NCBI GenBank assembly: GCA_030151225.1
Contig: JASLEG010000205.1
Coordinates: forward strand, 20,759-84,758
Direction of reading: 5' to 3'
Source: Burkholderia sp.
GTDB lineage: Bacteria > Pseudomonadota > Gammaproteobacteria > Burkholderiales > Burkholderiaceae
DNA length: 64,000 nt
The notes below the pieces were generated by a model. The model was not told where the DNA came from and searched no databases. It worked only from the letters and a program-made list of their open reading frames with translations. Made by a program: the position numbers and the translations under genes. Shown one piece after another: positions 9,369 to 19,666 of the stretch (positions are counted from its first letter, which is position 1; each line of letters starts with the position of its first letter).

Positions 9369-10196
9369 TCAGCGCTCGCGCGCCGGCGAGCGATGCTTGT
9401 ACAGCACGTCCTGATCCACGCGGATCAGGTTCTGCCCCGCATCCACCACGAAGTCCACGCCGTTGTAGGCGCTGCCCGTGAGCAGCAGGATCGCGTCGGC
9501 CACGTCGTCGGGGCCGGCGATGCGCGCGAGTGGCGTGGAGGCGCGGCTCGCGTGCGCGAAGTCGGCCTCGGTCTGATCGTCGCTCGGCAGCATCAGGCCG
9601 GGGAACACGGCGTTCACGCGCAGCACCGGCGCGGCGGACATCGCCAGCATCTGCGTGAGATTGCCGAGCGCGGCCTTCGCCACCGTGTAGCTGAAGTGAT
9701 CGCGGTGAAAGTTCTCCTTGATCTTCTGGTCGATCACGTTGATCACCACGCCCTGATGGCCGAGCACCCTGGCGCGTTCGTGGAAGGTGCGGGCGAGCAG
9801 GATCGGCGCGCGGCAGTTCACGGTCCACGCGCTGTCGAGCGCGGCCAGGTCGAAGCCGGGGAAGTGGTCCTGCCAGAACACGGACGCGTTGTTCACCAGC
9901 ACGTCGAGCCGCCCGAAGCGCGTGTACACGGCGTCGATCAGCGCGGCGCACGCGTTGGCGTCGGCGAGGTCGGCCTGCAGCGCCACGGCTTCGCCGCCGG
10001 CCGCGTCGATCTCGCCGGCCGCGTCGGCGGCGGCGTCGGCGGAGCGATCGTAGTGGATCGCCACGCGATAGCCGCGCGCGCCGAAGTGCTTCGCGAACGC
10101 GCGGCCGGCGCGGCGCGCGGCGCCGGTCACGAGCACCACGGGCGCTGCCGGCCCCGGCGGCGCGGCTTGGTCGGCGCGGGGTGGAGCGGCCTGCAT
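9369..10196 (-). CDS. SDR oxidoreductase, pteridine reductase/FolM-like
   Basis: TGAARRAG (PTR1-type GxxxRxG), NNASVF, YTVAK; start overlaps the folE stop (TGATG). Confidence 0.8.
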   Translation of the reverse strand: MQAAPPRADQAAPPGPAAPVVLVTGAARRAGRAFAKHFGARGYRVAIHYDRSADAAADAAGEIDAAGGEAVALQADLADANACAALIDAVYTRFGRLDVLVNNASVFWQDHFPGFDLAALDSAWTVNCRAPILLARTFHERARVLGHQGVVINVIDQKIKENFHRDHFSYTVAKAALGNLTQMLAMSAAPVLRVNAVFPGLMLPSDDQTEADFAHASRASTPLARIAGPDDVADAILLLTGSAYNGVDFVVDAGQNLIRVDQDVLYKHRSPARER

Positions 10197-10876
10197 CACG
10201 TGTTGGTCAGATTGACCGAGGACGGATTCGACACGATCGACAGAAACTCGCGACGCGTGGACGGATCGGTGCGGAACGTGCCGAGCATGCGCGAGGTGAC
10301 CATCTCCACGCCGGGCTTGTGGATGCCGCGCGTGGAGATGCACTGATGCGCGGCCTCGAGGATCACGCCCACGCCCTTCGGCTGCAGCACCTCGAACAGC
10401 GTGTCGGCGATCTGCACCGTCATCTTTTCCTGGATCTGCAGGCGCTTGGCGAACGCGTCCACGAGACGCGCGAGCTTCGAGATGCCCACCACGCGCTGAT
10501 TCGGCAGATAGGCCACGTGCGCGCGGCCGATGATCGGCACCATGTGGTGCTCGCAATAGCTCTCGAAGCGGATGTCCTTCAGCACGATCATCTCGTCGTA
10601 GCCTTCCACCTCGCTGAAGGTGCGCGCGAGGATGTCGCGCGGCTCGAGCTGGTAGCCCTTGAAGAACTCCTCGTAGGCGCGTGCCACGCGCGCGGGCGTG
10701 TCGAGCAGGCCTTCGCGCGCGGGATCGTCGCCGGCCCAGCGCAGCAGCACGCGCACGGCGTCTTCAGCTTCCTCGCGGCTCGGGCGCGCGGCTGCGGTGT
10801 TCGGTACTGCGACGGGCTCGTTCGTCTTGTCGTTCGTCTTCTCTGCCGCCTTGCTGGCGGTCTTGCGTTTGGACAT
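10196..10876 (-). CDS. folE: GTP cyclohydrolase I
   Basis: [41 protein letters not shown]. Confidence 0.97.
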   Translation of the reverse strand: MSKRKTASKAAEKTNDKTNEPVAVPNTAAARPSREEAEDAVRVLLRWAGDDPAREGLLDTPARVARAYEEFFKGYQLEPRDILARTFSEVEGYDEMIVLKDIRFESYCEHHMVPIIGRAHVAYLPNQRVVGISKLARLVDAFAKRLQIQEKMTVQIADTLFEVLQPKGVGVILEAAHQCISTRGIHKPGVEMVTSRMLGTFRTDPSTRREFLSIVSNPSSVNLTNT

Positions 10877-10979
10877 GCTGTCGGACTCCGGTTGGCGCCG
10901 CGTGGCGCGGCTGACCGGGCATTGTTTCATGGATTGTGGCGTTCCGCCGCCGGGTGGCGCGCGCCGTTCGTCCGGGTGC

Positions 10980-11903
10980 TCACTTCGGCCATTCGTCCAG
11001 CGCGTCGTTGAACAGGTCGGCCACCACGCCGCGCAGCCAGGCGATGCGCGGCTCGTTGTGATACTTGCGATGCCAGTGCTGACGCAGATCGAAGCGCGGC
11101 AGCGGCAGCGGCGGTTCCACCAGCGTGATCGACGCGTGCTCGGCGGCATAGGCATAGCCGATCGCGTGCGGCACGGTGGCGATCAGGTCGGTGCGCCCGA
11201 GGATGAACGGCAGGCTCATGAAGTGCGGCGTCTCGAGCACGGCGCGCCGCTGCAGCCGCGACTTCGCGAGGAACTGCTCGAGCACCTCCTGGCTGCGCCC
11301 CTCGGCGCGCACCACGGCGTGCCCGCAGCCCAGGTACTGCTCGAGCGTGAGCGGCGCGCCGGCCAGCGGATGCTCGCGCCGCATCAGACAGATGAAGCGG
11401 TGCGTGAACAGCCGCTGCTGGAAGAAGTTGCTGCCGCCGAGGTCGGGGAAATAGCCGACCGCGAGATCCACGGCGCCGGCCTCGAGCCCGCGCTCGACGT
11501 CGGCATGCGGCAGCGACACCGAGCGCAGGTTCGCGTGCGGCGCCCGCTGCGCGAGCGCCTGCAGCAGCCGCGGCAGGAACACGATCTCGCCCACGTCGGA
11601 CAGCGCGATCGAGAAGGTGCCGCTGGCCGTGGCCGGATCGAAGTCGTGCGGCGTCACGAGTCCGCGCCGGATCTGCGCGAGCGCGTCGCGAGCGGCCGGC
11701 ACCAGCGCCAGCGCGCGCGGCGTGGGCTCCATGCCGCGCGAGGTGCGCACGAACAGCGGATCGCCGAAATGCTCGCGCAGCCGGCCCAGCGCGGCGCTCA
11801 CGCGCGGCTGGCTAACCCCGAGCAGATCGCCGGCGCGGCTCACGTTGCGCGCCTCGTCGAGCGCCACGAGGTAGGGAATCAGGTTCAGATCGAGTTCGGA
11901 CAT
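10980..11903 (-). CDS. LysR-family regulator (NahR/DntR-like), probable pobA regulator
   Basis: LDLNL...[25 protein letters not shown]; divergent from pobA. Confidence 0.93.
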   Translation of the reverse strand: MSELDLNLIPYLVALDEARNVSRAGDLLGVSQPRVSAALGRLREHFGDPLFVRTSRGMEPTPRALALVPAARDALAQIRRGLVTPHDFDPATASGTFSIALSDVGEIVFLPRLLQALAQRAPHANLRSVSLPHADVERGLEAGAVDLAVGYFPDLGGSNFFQQRLFTHRFICLMRREHPLAGAPLTLEQYLGCGHAVVRAEGRSQEVLEQFLAKSRLQRRAVLETPHFMSLPFILGRTDLIATVPHAIGYAYAAEHASITLVEPPLPLPRFDLRQHWHRKYHNEPRIAWLRGVVADLFNDALDEWPK

Positions 11904-11913
11904 GGGTCGGCAC

Positions 11914-11928
11914 TATCGAAATTCGATA
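11914..11928. promoter_or_regulatory. Probable LysR recognition site
   Basis: Perfect dyad tatcgaa-a-ttcgata between the divergent lysR and pobA genes. Confidence 0.6.
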
Positions 11929-12018
11929 TGGAACATATCTCCAAAATGGCATTGCCGCATAGTCGGCGAAGCCCGAACATGCGTTTCAGAATTCGAATCA
12001 ATGTTCAGGAGACGAACA

Positions 12019-13257
12019 ATGCGTACCCAAGTCGCGATCATCGGTGCCGGTCCCGCCGGGCTGCTGCTGTCCCACCTGCTTCGCCTGCAGGGCATCGACG
12101 CGGTGCTGGTCGAGGCCCGTTCGCGCGAATACTGCGAGAACCGGATCCGCGCCGGCGTGCTGGAGCAGGGCACGGTGGACGTGCTGAACGAGGCCGGCCT
12201 CGGCGAGCGGATGCGCCGCCAGGGGCTCGAGCATCACGGCATCGAGCTGCTGTTTTCGGGCGAGCGCCACCGCATCGACCTGTCGGCGCTCACGGGCGGC
12301 CGCGCGATCACCGTCTACAGCCAGCACGAGGTGGTGCGCGACCTGATCGCGGCCGGCATCGAGCACGGCCACGCGATGCACTTCGAGGTGAGCGACGTGG
12401 CGCTGCACGACGTGACGGGCGAGCGCCCGGCCGTCACCTTCACACGCGCGGACGGCGTGGCCGAGCGCCTCGACTGCGATTTCATCGCCGGCTGCGACGG
12501 CTTCCACGGCATCGCTCGGCAAACCATCCCCGAGGCGCTGCAGCGTACCTTCGAGCGCGTCTATCCCCATGCATGGCTCGGCATCCTGGCCGACGCGCCG
12601 CCGTCGCTGGACGAGCTGGTGTATGCGCATCACGACAACGGCTTCGCGCTGTTCTCGATGCGCTCGCCCAGCGTCACGCGCCTGTATCTGCAATGCCGCC
12701 CCGACGAGGATCTGGCCGAATGGTCCGACGCGCGGATCTGGGACGAACTGCACACGCGCTTCGCCAACGGCAGCGGCTGGACGCCCGCCGAGGGCCGGAT
12801 CACCCAGAAGAGCGTCACGCCGATGCGCAGCTTCGTGTGCGAAACCATGCGCCACGGCCGCCTGTTCCTGGCCGGCGACGCCGCGCACATCGTGCCGCCC
12901 ACCGGCGCGAAGGGCATGAACCTGGCGGTGGCCGACGTGCGGACGCTGTCGCGCGCGCTGGCCGCGCACTACGCCGGCAGCGACGCGCCGATCGACACCT
13001 ATTCGGCCAGTTGCCTGGCGCGCGTGTGGCGCGCCGAGCATTTCTCCTGGTTCATGACGAACATGCTGCACCCGTCGCCCGACGATTCGCCGTTCGCGAA
13101 TCGCCTGAAGCTGGCCGAGCTGAAGTACGTGACGCACTCGCGCGCGGCCGCGCAGGCGCTGGCCGAGAACTACGTGGGGCTGCCGTTCGCCGACCTCGAA
13201 GACGCGCCGGCCTCGGGGCTACCCCGCCTTGACAATGCCTTGAGCGAGATTCTATGA
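12019..13257 (+). CDS. pobA: 4-hydroxybenzoate 3-monooxygenase
   Basis: MRTQVAIIGAGPAG, RIRAGVLEQG, GCDGFHG, GDAAHIVPPTGAKGMN, AENYVGLP; RBS aggag. Confidence 0.95.
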   Translation: MRTQVAIIGAGPAGLLLSHLLRLQGIDAVLVEARSREYCENRIRAGVLEQGTVDVLNEAGLGERMRRQGLEHHGIELLFSGERHRIDLSALTGGRAITVYSQHEVVRDLIAAGIEHGHAMHFEVSDVALHDVTGERPAVTFTRADGVAERLDCDFIAGCDGFHGIARQTIPEALQRTFERVYPHAWLGILADAPPSLDELVYAHHDNGFALFSMRSPSVTRLYLQCRPDEDLAEWSDARIWDELHTRFANGSGWTPAEGRITQKSVTPMRSFVCETMRHGRLFLAGDAAHIVPPTGAKGMNLAVADVRTLSRALAAHYAGSDAPIDTYSASCLARVWRAEHFSWFMTNMLHPSPDDSPFANRLKLAELKYVTHSRAAAQALAENYVGLPFADLEDAPASGLPRLDNALSEIL

Positions 13258-13301
13258 TCGCCGCATCGTTCGCTAATCGAATCTAGGTTCGAAATACGAA
13301 C
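13229..13301 (+). promoter_or_regulatory. pcaIJBDC promoter with two PcaR/PcaU-like boxes
   Basis: TTGACA (13229), 18 bp, TATGAT (13253); then gttcgctaatcgaat (13268-13282) and gttcgaaatacgaac (13287-13301). Confidence 0.7.
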
Positions 13302-13405
13302 AAAACGGATCGGGAGACGATCCGATGCGGCGCGTCCAGAGTGGAATTCGGCGCGCTGTCCGGCCGGCGCCTGTAGCGACGGCGGATTCCCTCAGGACAA
13401 GCCCC

Positions 13406-14107
13406 ATGGTCAACAAGATTTTCGAATCCCTCCAGTCGGCGGTGGCCGACATCCACGACGGCGCGACGATCATGATCGGCGGCTTCGGCACGGCCGGCAT
13501 GCCGTCCGAGCTGATCGACGCCCTCATCGCGCACGGCGCGCGCGACCTCACGATCGTCAACAACAACGCGGGCAACGGCGAAACCGGCCTGGCCGCGCTG
13601 CTGAAGGCCAGGCGCGTGCGCAAGATCATCTGCTCGTTTCCGCGCCAGGCCGATTCGCAGGTGTTCGACGCGCTCTATCGCTCGGGCGAGATCGAGCTGG
13701 AGCTCGTGCCGCAAGGCAACCTGGCCGAGCGCATCCGCGCGGCCGGCGCCGGCATCGGCGGCTTCTTCACGCGCACCGGCTTCGGCACCCGGCTGGCCGA
13801 AGGCAAGGAAACCCGCGAGATCGACGGCAGGCAGTACGTGTTCGAGACGCCGATCCACGCCGATTTCGCGCTGGTCAAGGCGTTCAAGGGCGACCGCTGG
13901 GGCAACCTCGTCTATCGCAAGACGGCCCGCAACTTCGGGCCGGTGATGGCGACCGCGGCGAAGACCACCATCGTGCAGGTGTCACAGGTGGTGGAGCTGG
14001 GCCAGCTCGATCCCGAACACATCGTGACGCCGGGCATTTTCGTGCAGCGCGTCGTCGAAGTGCCGCAAGCCGTGCATGCGGCCGAACTCGGCGCCCACGC
14101 CGCCTGA
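13406..14107 (+). CDS. pcaI: 3-oxoadipate CoA-transferase subunit A
   Basis: GGFGTAGMP, NNAGNG, PQGNLAERIRAAGAG, RKTARNFGP. Confidence 0.95.
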   Translation: MVNKIFESLQSAVADIHDGATIMIGGFGTAGMPSELIDALIAHGARDLTIVNNNAGNGETGLAALLKARRVRKIICSFPRQADSQVFDALYRSGEIELELVPQGNLAERIRAAGAGIGGFFTRTGFGTRLAEGKETREIDGRQYVFETPIHADFALVKAFKGDRWGNLVYRKTARNFGPVMATAAKTTIVQVSQVVELGQLDPEHIVTPGIFVQRVVEVPQAVHAAELGAHAA

Positions 14108-14124
14108 CCCCCGAGGAGACCACG

Positions 14125-14784
14125 ATGAAACGACTGACCCGCGATGAAATGGCGAAACGCGTCGCCCAGGACATCCCCGAAGGCGCCTACGTGAACCTCG
14201 GCATCGGCGTGCCCACGCTGGTGGCGAATCACCTCGATGCCGGCAAGGAAATCTTCCTGCACAGCGAGAACGGCGTGCTCGGCATGGGGCCCGCCCCGGC
14301 GGCCGGTGCAGAGGATGACGAACTGATCAACGCCGGCAAGCAGCACGTCACGCTGCTGACCGGCGGCGCCTATTTCCACCACGCCGATTCGTTCGCGATG
14401 ATGCGTGGCGGCCATCTCGACTACTGCGTGCTCGGCGCCTTCCAGGTGTCCGCGAAGGGCGATCTGGCGAACTGGCACACCGGCGCGCCCGACGCGATTC
14501 CGGCCGTGGGCGGCGCGATGGATCTGGCGATCGGCGCCAAGCAGGTGTTCGTGATGATGGAGCACCTGACCAAGCAGGGCGAAAGCAAGGTGGTGGCCGA
14601 GTGCTCGTATCCGGTCACCGGCATCGGCTGCGTGACGCGCATCTATACCGACCTCGCCGTGCTCGACGTGACCGCCGACGGCCTCGCCGTGCGCGAGATC
14701 TTCACCGATCTGTCGTTCGACGAGCTGCAGACGCTGACCGGCGTGGCGCTGATCGACGCCACCGAGCGCGCCGCCGCGGCGTAA
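14125..14784 (+). CDS. pcaJ: 3-oxoadipate CoA-transferase subunit B
   Basis: VNLGIGVPT, catalytic HSENG, GGAMDLA. Confidence 0.95.
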   Translation: MKRLTRDEMAKRVAQDIPEGAYVNLGIGVPTLVANHLDAGKEIFLHSENGVLGMGPAPAAGAEDDELINAGKQHVTLLTGGAYFHHADSFAMMRGGHLDYCVLGAFQVSAKGDLANWHTGAPDAIPAVGGAMDLAIGAKQVFVMMEHLTKQGESKVVAECSYPVTGIGCVTRIYTDLAVLDVTADGLAVREIFTDLSFDELQTLTGVALIDATERAAAA

Positions 14785-14946
14785 GCGGCCCTCGCTCCAC
14801 GCTGCCTGGCCGGCGTCGCGCGATCGATCCATCGCGCGGTGCCGGCCTTCCGCCCGGCCCGCGCCGTGTCCCTCGCCCGGCGCGCAAGCCGGCGCGCTTC
14901 GGTGGACAATACGCGCTACCGGCCCATCCGTTCAGCTGATCATTCC

Positions 14947-16305
14947 ATGTTCGAAGACAGTGCCCGCTTGACCTCCCTGATCGGCGGCGACGCCGCGCTG
15001 ATGCGCATCTGGTCGCCCGCGGCCACGCTGCAGCGCATGCTCGACGTCGAGGCCGCGCTCACCCGCGCGCTGGCCGCCAACGGCGTGATTCCGGCCTCGG
15101 CCGTCGCGCCGATCGTGGCCGCCTGCCGCGCCGAGCGGCTCGATGCCGCCGCGCTCGCGCGCGACGCCGCGCTGGGCGGCAATCTCGCGATCCCGCTCGT
15201 CAAGCAGCTGACCGCGCGCGTCAAGGACGACGACGCCGAAGCCGCGAAGTTCGTCCACTGGGGCGCGACGAGCCAGGACATCATCGACAGCGGCCTCGTG
15301 CTGCAGTTGCGCGACACCTTCGATGCGCTCGAGCCGCTGTTCGACGGCCTGTGCGCCTCGCTGGCCGAGCTCGCACGCAGCCATCGCGCCACGCCGATGA
15401 TCGGCCGCACCTGGCTGCAGCAGGCGCTGCCGATCACGCTGGGCCTGAAGTTCGCGCAATGGCTCGATGCGCTGGGCCGCCACCGCAAGCGGCTCGCCGC
15501 GCTGCGCCACGACGTGCTGGTGCTGCAGTTCGGTGGCGCGGCCGGCACCCTGGCCAGCCTGCGCGAGGCCGCGCCGAAGGTGGCCGCGTCGCTGGCCGAC
15601 GACCTGCAACTCGCGCTGCCCGACGTGCCGTGGCACACCCAGCGCGACCGCATCGCCGAAACCGCATCGTTCCTCGCGATGACGATCGGCACGCTCGGCA
15701 AGATCGCGCGCGACATCTCCCTGCAGATGCAGACCGAAATCGGCGAGCTGGCCGAGCCCGCCGCGGCCGGCAAGGGCGGTTCGTCCACCATGCCGCACAA
15801 GCGCAACCCGGTGGGCTGCGCGGCCGTGCTGACCTCGGCCGTGCGCGCCCCCGGGCTGCTCGCCACCGTGTTCTCGGGCATGGTGCAGGAGCACGAGCGC
15901 GCGCTCGGCGGCTGGCAGGCCGAATGGGACGCGCTGCCCGAACTCGCGCGCATGGCCGGCGGCGCGCTGGCCCAGATCGCGCAGATCGCGGCCGGCCTGA
16001 ACGTCGACACCGCGCGGCTCGCCGCGAACCTCGACGCCACGCGCGGGCTGGTGCTGGGCGAGGCCGTGATGCTCGCGCTCGGCGACCGCATCGGCCGCCT
16101 CGACGCGCATCACCTCGTCGAACATGCCTCGAAGGAAGCCGTGCGCTCGAATCGCACGCTGCACGACGTGCTGGCCGCCGAGCCCGCCGTCACCGCTCAT
16201 CTCGCGCCCGACGCGCTCGCGCGTCTGCTCGACCCCGCTCATTACGTCGGCGAGGCCAGTGCCTTCGTCGATGCCGTGCTCGCGCGCCACGCGAGCGGCC
16301 ATTAA
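14947..16305 (+). CDS. pcaB: 3-carboxy-cis,cis-muconate cycloisomerase
   Basis: HWGATSQD, GRTWLQQA, GSSTMPHKRNP, QEHERALGGWQAEW. Confidence 0.96.
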   Translation: MFEDSARLTSLIGGDAALMRIWSPAATLQRMLDVEAALTRALAANGVIPASAVAPIVAACRAERLDAAALARDAALGGNLAIPLVKQLTARVKDDDAEAAKFVHWGATSQDIIDSGLVLQLRDTFDALEPLFDGLCASLAELARSHRATPMIGRTWLQQALPITLGLKFAQWLDALGRHRKRLAALRHDVLVLQFGGAAGTLASLREAAPKVAASLADDLQLALPDVPWHTQRDRIAETASFLAMTIGTLGKIARDISLQMQTEIGELAEPAAAGKGGSSTMPHKRNPVGCAAVLTSAVRAPGLLATVFSGMVQEHERALGGWQAEWDALPELARMAGGALAQIAQIAAGLNVDTARLAANLDATRGLVLGEAVMLALGDRIGRLDAHHLVEHASKEAVRSNRTLHDVLAAEPAVTAHLAPDALARLLDPAHYVGEASAFVDAVLARHASGH

Positions 16306-16320
16306 AGGAGGAGAACACCG

Positions 16321-17106
16321 ATGCCCTTTGCAACCGTCAACGGCGTGAAGCTGCATTACCGGATCGACCGTGCCGCGAGCGCCGATGCGCCGTGGCTCGT
16401 GTTTTCGAATTCGCTCGGCGCCGATCTGCAGATGTGGGCCGCGCAGCTCGACGCGCTGCGCGCGCATTTCAACGTGCTGCGCTACGACACGCGCGGCCAC
16501 GGCCATTCCGAGGCGCCGGCCGGTTCCTACACGGTGGACCAGCTGGCCGGCGACGTGATCGGCCTGCTCGATCACCTGAACATCGCGCGCGCGAATTTCT
16601 GCGGCATCTCGATGGGCGGCCTGACCGGCGCCGCGCTGGCCGCGCGCCATCCGCAGCGCATCGTGCGCGCCGTGCTGGCCAATACCGCCGCGAAGATCGG
16701 CACGCCCGAGGTGTGGGGGCCGCGTGCCGAGAAGGCGCGCAGCGAAGGCATGCGCGCGCTGGTGGACGCCGTGCTGCAGCGTTGGTTCAAGAAGGAATTC
16801 TTCGCGGCCGAGCCGCGCCTGATCGACGCCGTGCGCGACACCTTCGTGCATCACGACGGTCACGGTTACGCGGCCAACTGCGATGCGCTGAACGCGGCCG
16901 ACCTGCGCGAGGAAGTGAAGGGCATCGCGCTGCCGGTGCTGGTGGTGACGGGCGCGCACGACACGTCCACGCCGCCCGAGCAGGGCCGCGCGATGGCCGC
17001 CGCGATTCCGGGTGCGAAGCACGTCGAGTTCGACGCCGCGCACATTTCCAACATCGAATGCGCCGACGGTTTCAACCGCGCGCTGATCGAATTCCTGACC
17101 GCCTGA
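16321..17106 (+). CDS. pcaD: 3-oxoadipate enol-lactonase
   Basis: SNSLG, YDTRGHG, GISMGG nucleophile elbow, AAHISN. Confidence 0.95.
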   Translation: MPFATVNGVKLHYRIDRAASADAPWLVFSNSLGADLQMWAAQLDALRAHFNVLRYDTRGHGHSEAPAGSYTVDQLAGDVIGLLDHLNIARANFCGISMGGLTGAALAARHPQRIVRAVLANTAAKIGTPEVWGPRAEKARSEGMRALVDAVLQRWFKKEFFAAEPRLIDAVRDTFVHHDGHGYAANCDALNAADLREEVKGIALPVLVVTGAHDTSTPPEQGRAMAAAIPGAKHVEFDAAHISNIECADGFNRALIEFLTA

Positions 17107-17119
17107 CGGAGCCGACGAG

Positions 17120-17512
17120 ATGGACGAGAAAGAACGCTACGAAGCCGGCCTGGCGGTGCGCCGCGCCGTGCTCAGCGATGCGCACGTGGATCGCTCGCTG
17201 GCCAACCGCAACGCACTGACCACCGAATTCCAGGACCTGATCACGCGCTATGCGTGGGGCGAGATCTGGACCCGCGAGGGCCTGCCGCGCCACACGCGCA
17301 GCCTGATCACGCTGGCCATGATGGTGGCGCTGAATCGCGGCGAGGAGCTCGCGCTGCATCTGCGCGCGGCCAAGAACAACGGCGTGACGCGCGACGAGAT
17401 CAAGGAAGTGCTGATGCAGACCGCGATCTACTGCGGGGTGCCGGCCGCGAATTCGGCGTTCCATCTGGCCGACAAGATCTTCAAGGAAGAGGACGAAGCC
17501 GCGCAGGCTTGA
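17120..17512 (+). CDS. pcaC: 4-carboxymuconolactone decarboxylase
   Basis: GLAVRRAVL, FQDLITRYAWGEIWTR, AIYCGVPAAN. Confidence 0.96.
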   Translation: MDEKERYEAGLAVRRAVLSDAHVDRSLANRNALTTEFQDLITRYAWGEIWTREGLPRHTRSLITLAMMVALNRGEELALHLRAAKNNGVTRDEIKEVLMQTAIYCGVPAANSAFHLADKIFKEEDEAAQA

Positions 17513-17537
17513 GCGCGACGTCGCGATCGATGCGGGG

Positions 17538-17571
17538 AACGGGGCGGTGCCGGCAGGCATCGCCCCGTTTT
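17538..17571 (+). terminator. Intrinsic terminator after pcaC
   Basis: aacggggcggtgcc-ggca-ggcatcgccccgtt ending in a T-run. Confidence 0.7.
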
Positions 17572-17588
17572 CGTTGGCAAGCCTGAAC

Positions 17589-17837
17589 TCATTCGGGCGC
17601 GTCGTGGCGCTTCGCGAACTGGCGCAGGTAGGCGCGCAGCGCCGATTCCACGCCGCGCCGGTCGGCCGGGGTGGCCGCGAGCATCGTGTGTTCGTCGCCG
17701 AACAGGGCGCGCGGCGCGACGTAGGTGCCGACCTCGCAGTGCTCGCGCGACACGCGAATGTGATGCGTGCCCGGATGATATTCGGCGAGCCAGTGCAGGC
17801 CCTCGATGCGATCGCCGGCTTTCATGGTCTGCTTCAT
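17589..17837 (-). CDS. Hypothetical protein (82 aa)
   Basis: ATG preceded by caggaggg RBS; protein-like sequence. Confidence 0.6.
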   Translation of the reverse strand: MKQTMKAGDRIEGLHWLAEYHPGTHHIRVSREHCEVGTYVAPRALFGDEHTMLAATPADRRGVESALRAYLRQFAKRHDAPE

Positions 17838-17984
17838 CGGATCCCTCCTGCCGGGCGGGCGCGCCGTCGACGCGCGTGCGCCCGGGAGCGGTCAGGCTAC
17901 GCCGGCGCGCGGGCGGGGACAAGCGGGGTTTGCGGGGAGATTCGGGGTCGGGCGGGAATCGCGGCAATCGGCGAGCAGTCGTGC

Positions 17985-18878
17985 CTACCGCCGGCTCGTC
18001 TTCACCAGCGCGTCGCGAAACGTCTCGATCAGCCGGTTGTCGTCGCGGGCGCGCGTGATCATCACGAGCCGCGTGCGCAGTTCGAAATCGCGGATCGGCA
18101 GGAAACGCACGTCGCGCCGGTTGTTGCGGGCCGTGGAGCGGCCCACCAGGGTCGCGCCGAGCCCCGCGCCCACCAGCGCGAGCGCGGTGTGGATCTCGAT
18201 CGCCTCGTGCCCCACCGGCGGATTGCCGCCGGCCTGCTTCACCGCGCCGAGCAGTTGCTGCCCGAACGCGCTGCGCGCGTCCTTCGGGTAGTGGATGAAC
18301 GGCAGCCGCGAGAATTCCGCCACCGTGACCGAGCGCTGCTTGGCCAGCGCGTCGCCGGCCGGCACCGCCGCCACGAACGGCTCGTCGAGGATCACCGCGT
18401 GGTCGAGATCCGGGCTCGGCTCGAAGTTGCCGATGAAGCGCGAGATGCCGAGATCGATGCGCCCCTGACGCAGTCGCTCCGGCTGATATTCCGACAGCGC
18501 CTCCACCAGATCCAGATGCACGTCCGGGCAGCTTTCCCGAAAGCGCCGCACCGCCGCGGGCAGCACCGAATACGCCACCGAACGCACGAAACCGATGCCG
18601 AGCCAGCCGCGCTGGCCCGAGGCGATGCCGCGCGCCTCGTCGTCGAGGCGGCCCACGTGGGACAGCAGCTCCCTCGCGCGCGGATAGAAGTACTTGCCGA
18701 GCGAGGTGAGCTCCATCGGGCGGCGCGAGCGATCGAACAGCTCGCCGCCGAGATGCGCCTCGAGCTGCGCGAGCTGCATGCTGATGGCCGTGGGCGCGAC
18801 GTGGAGCGCATCGGCCGCGCCCGTCGCGCTGCCCGCTTCCACCACCGCGCAGAAATAGCGAACCTGTCGAAGATTCAT
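17985..18878 (-). CDS. LysR-family regulator (CatR/BenM-like)
   Basis: MNLRQVRYF, LFDRSRRPMELT, GRIDLGISR. Confidence 0.93.
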   Translation of the reverse strand: MNLRQVRYFCAVVEAGSATGAADALHVAPTAISMQLAQLEAHLGGELFDRSRRPMELTSLGKYFYPRARELLSHVGRLDDEARGIASGQRGWLGIGFVRSVAYSVLPAAVRRFRESCPDVHLDLVEALSEYQPERLRQGRIDLGISRFIGNFEPSPDLDHAVILDEPFVAAVPAGDALAKQRSVTVAEFSRLPFIHYPKDARSAFGQQLLGAVKQAGGNPPVGHEAIEIHTALALVGAGLGATLVGRSTARNNRRDVRFLPIRDFELRTRLVMITRARDDNRLIETFRDALVKTSRR

Positions 18879-18968
18879 TTTTATTGAACTTGAGCTCAGA
18901 AAACGATGTTTGATGGTGGAGAAACTTTATCCAACACTGTCGCCATCATCACACACCGAAACAAGAAC

Positions 18969-19619
18969 ATGAGCGGACACGAGACATCCCCCCACCTGAT
19001 CGACGCGCTGCGCGAGCTCGGCAGCGCGACCGTGTACGAGGCACAGGGCGCCTGCGGCGCGCTCGACGCCGGCATCAAGCCGATTCATCCTTCCATGCGC
19101 CTTGCCGGCCCCGCCGTGACCGTGGACGTGCGCCCGGCCGACAACCTGATGCTGCATTACGCACTGCAGAAGGTCTCGCCCGGCGACGTGCTCGTGGTCG
19201 ACGCCAAGGGCTTTCTCGAAGCCGGCCCGTGGGGCGACGTGCTGACCGAGCTCGCGCTGAGCCGGGGCCTGGCCGGACTCGTGATGCACGGCGCGGTGCG
19301 CGACGCGCGCGCCATCATCGAGATGGGCCTGCCGGTGTTTTGCCGCGGCCTCAGCATCAAGGGCACCGGCAAGCATCAGCCGGGTCGCCTGAACGTGCCC
19401 GTGTGCATCGGCGACATGCAGGTGAACCCCGGCGACATCGTGGTGGGCGACATCGACGGCGTGGTGGTGGTGCCCGCGCACGACGCGGAGCGTGTGGTGC
19501 GCTTGAGCCGCGAGCGCGAGGAGAAGGAGCAGGTGTTCCGCGAGAAGATTCGCCAGGGGGCGAGCACGGTGGAATTGCTGGGGCTGCAGGAGACGCTGGA
19601 GCGATTCGGCCTGAACTAG
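18969..19619 (+). CDS. HMG/CHA aldolase, RraA family (LigK/GalC-like)
   Basis: SATVYEAQG, ADNLMLH, GPWGDVL, GAVRD, PGDIVVGDIDGVVVVP. Confidence 0.85.
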   Translation: MSGHETSPHLIDALRELGSATVYEAQGACGALDAGIKPIHPSMRLAGPAVTVDVRPADNLMLHYALQKVSPGDVLVVDAKGFLEAGPWGDVLTELALSRGLAGLVMHGAVRDARAIIEMGLPVFCRGLSIKGTGKHQPGRLNVPVCIGDMQVNPGDIVVGDIDGVVVVPAHDAERVVRLSREREEKEQVFREKIRQGASTVELLGLQETLERFGLN

Positions 19620-19666
19620 CACACCGGCCGGAGCCGGAGCAGCATCCCTGCATGGAGCGAGACGAC

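Noticed and set aside
10698..13232. 844-aa ORF spanning lysR and pobA
   Set aside because: Overlaps two well-supported genes; low-complexity translation
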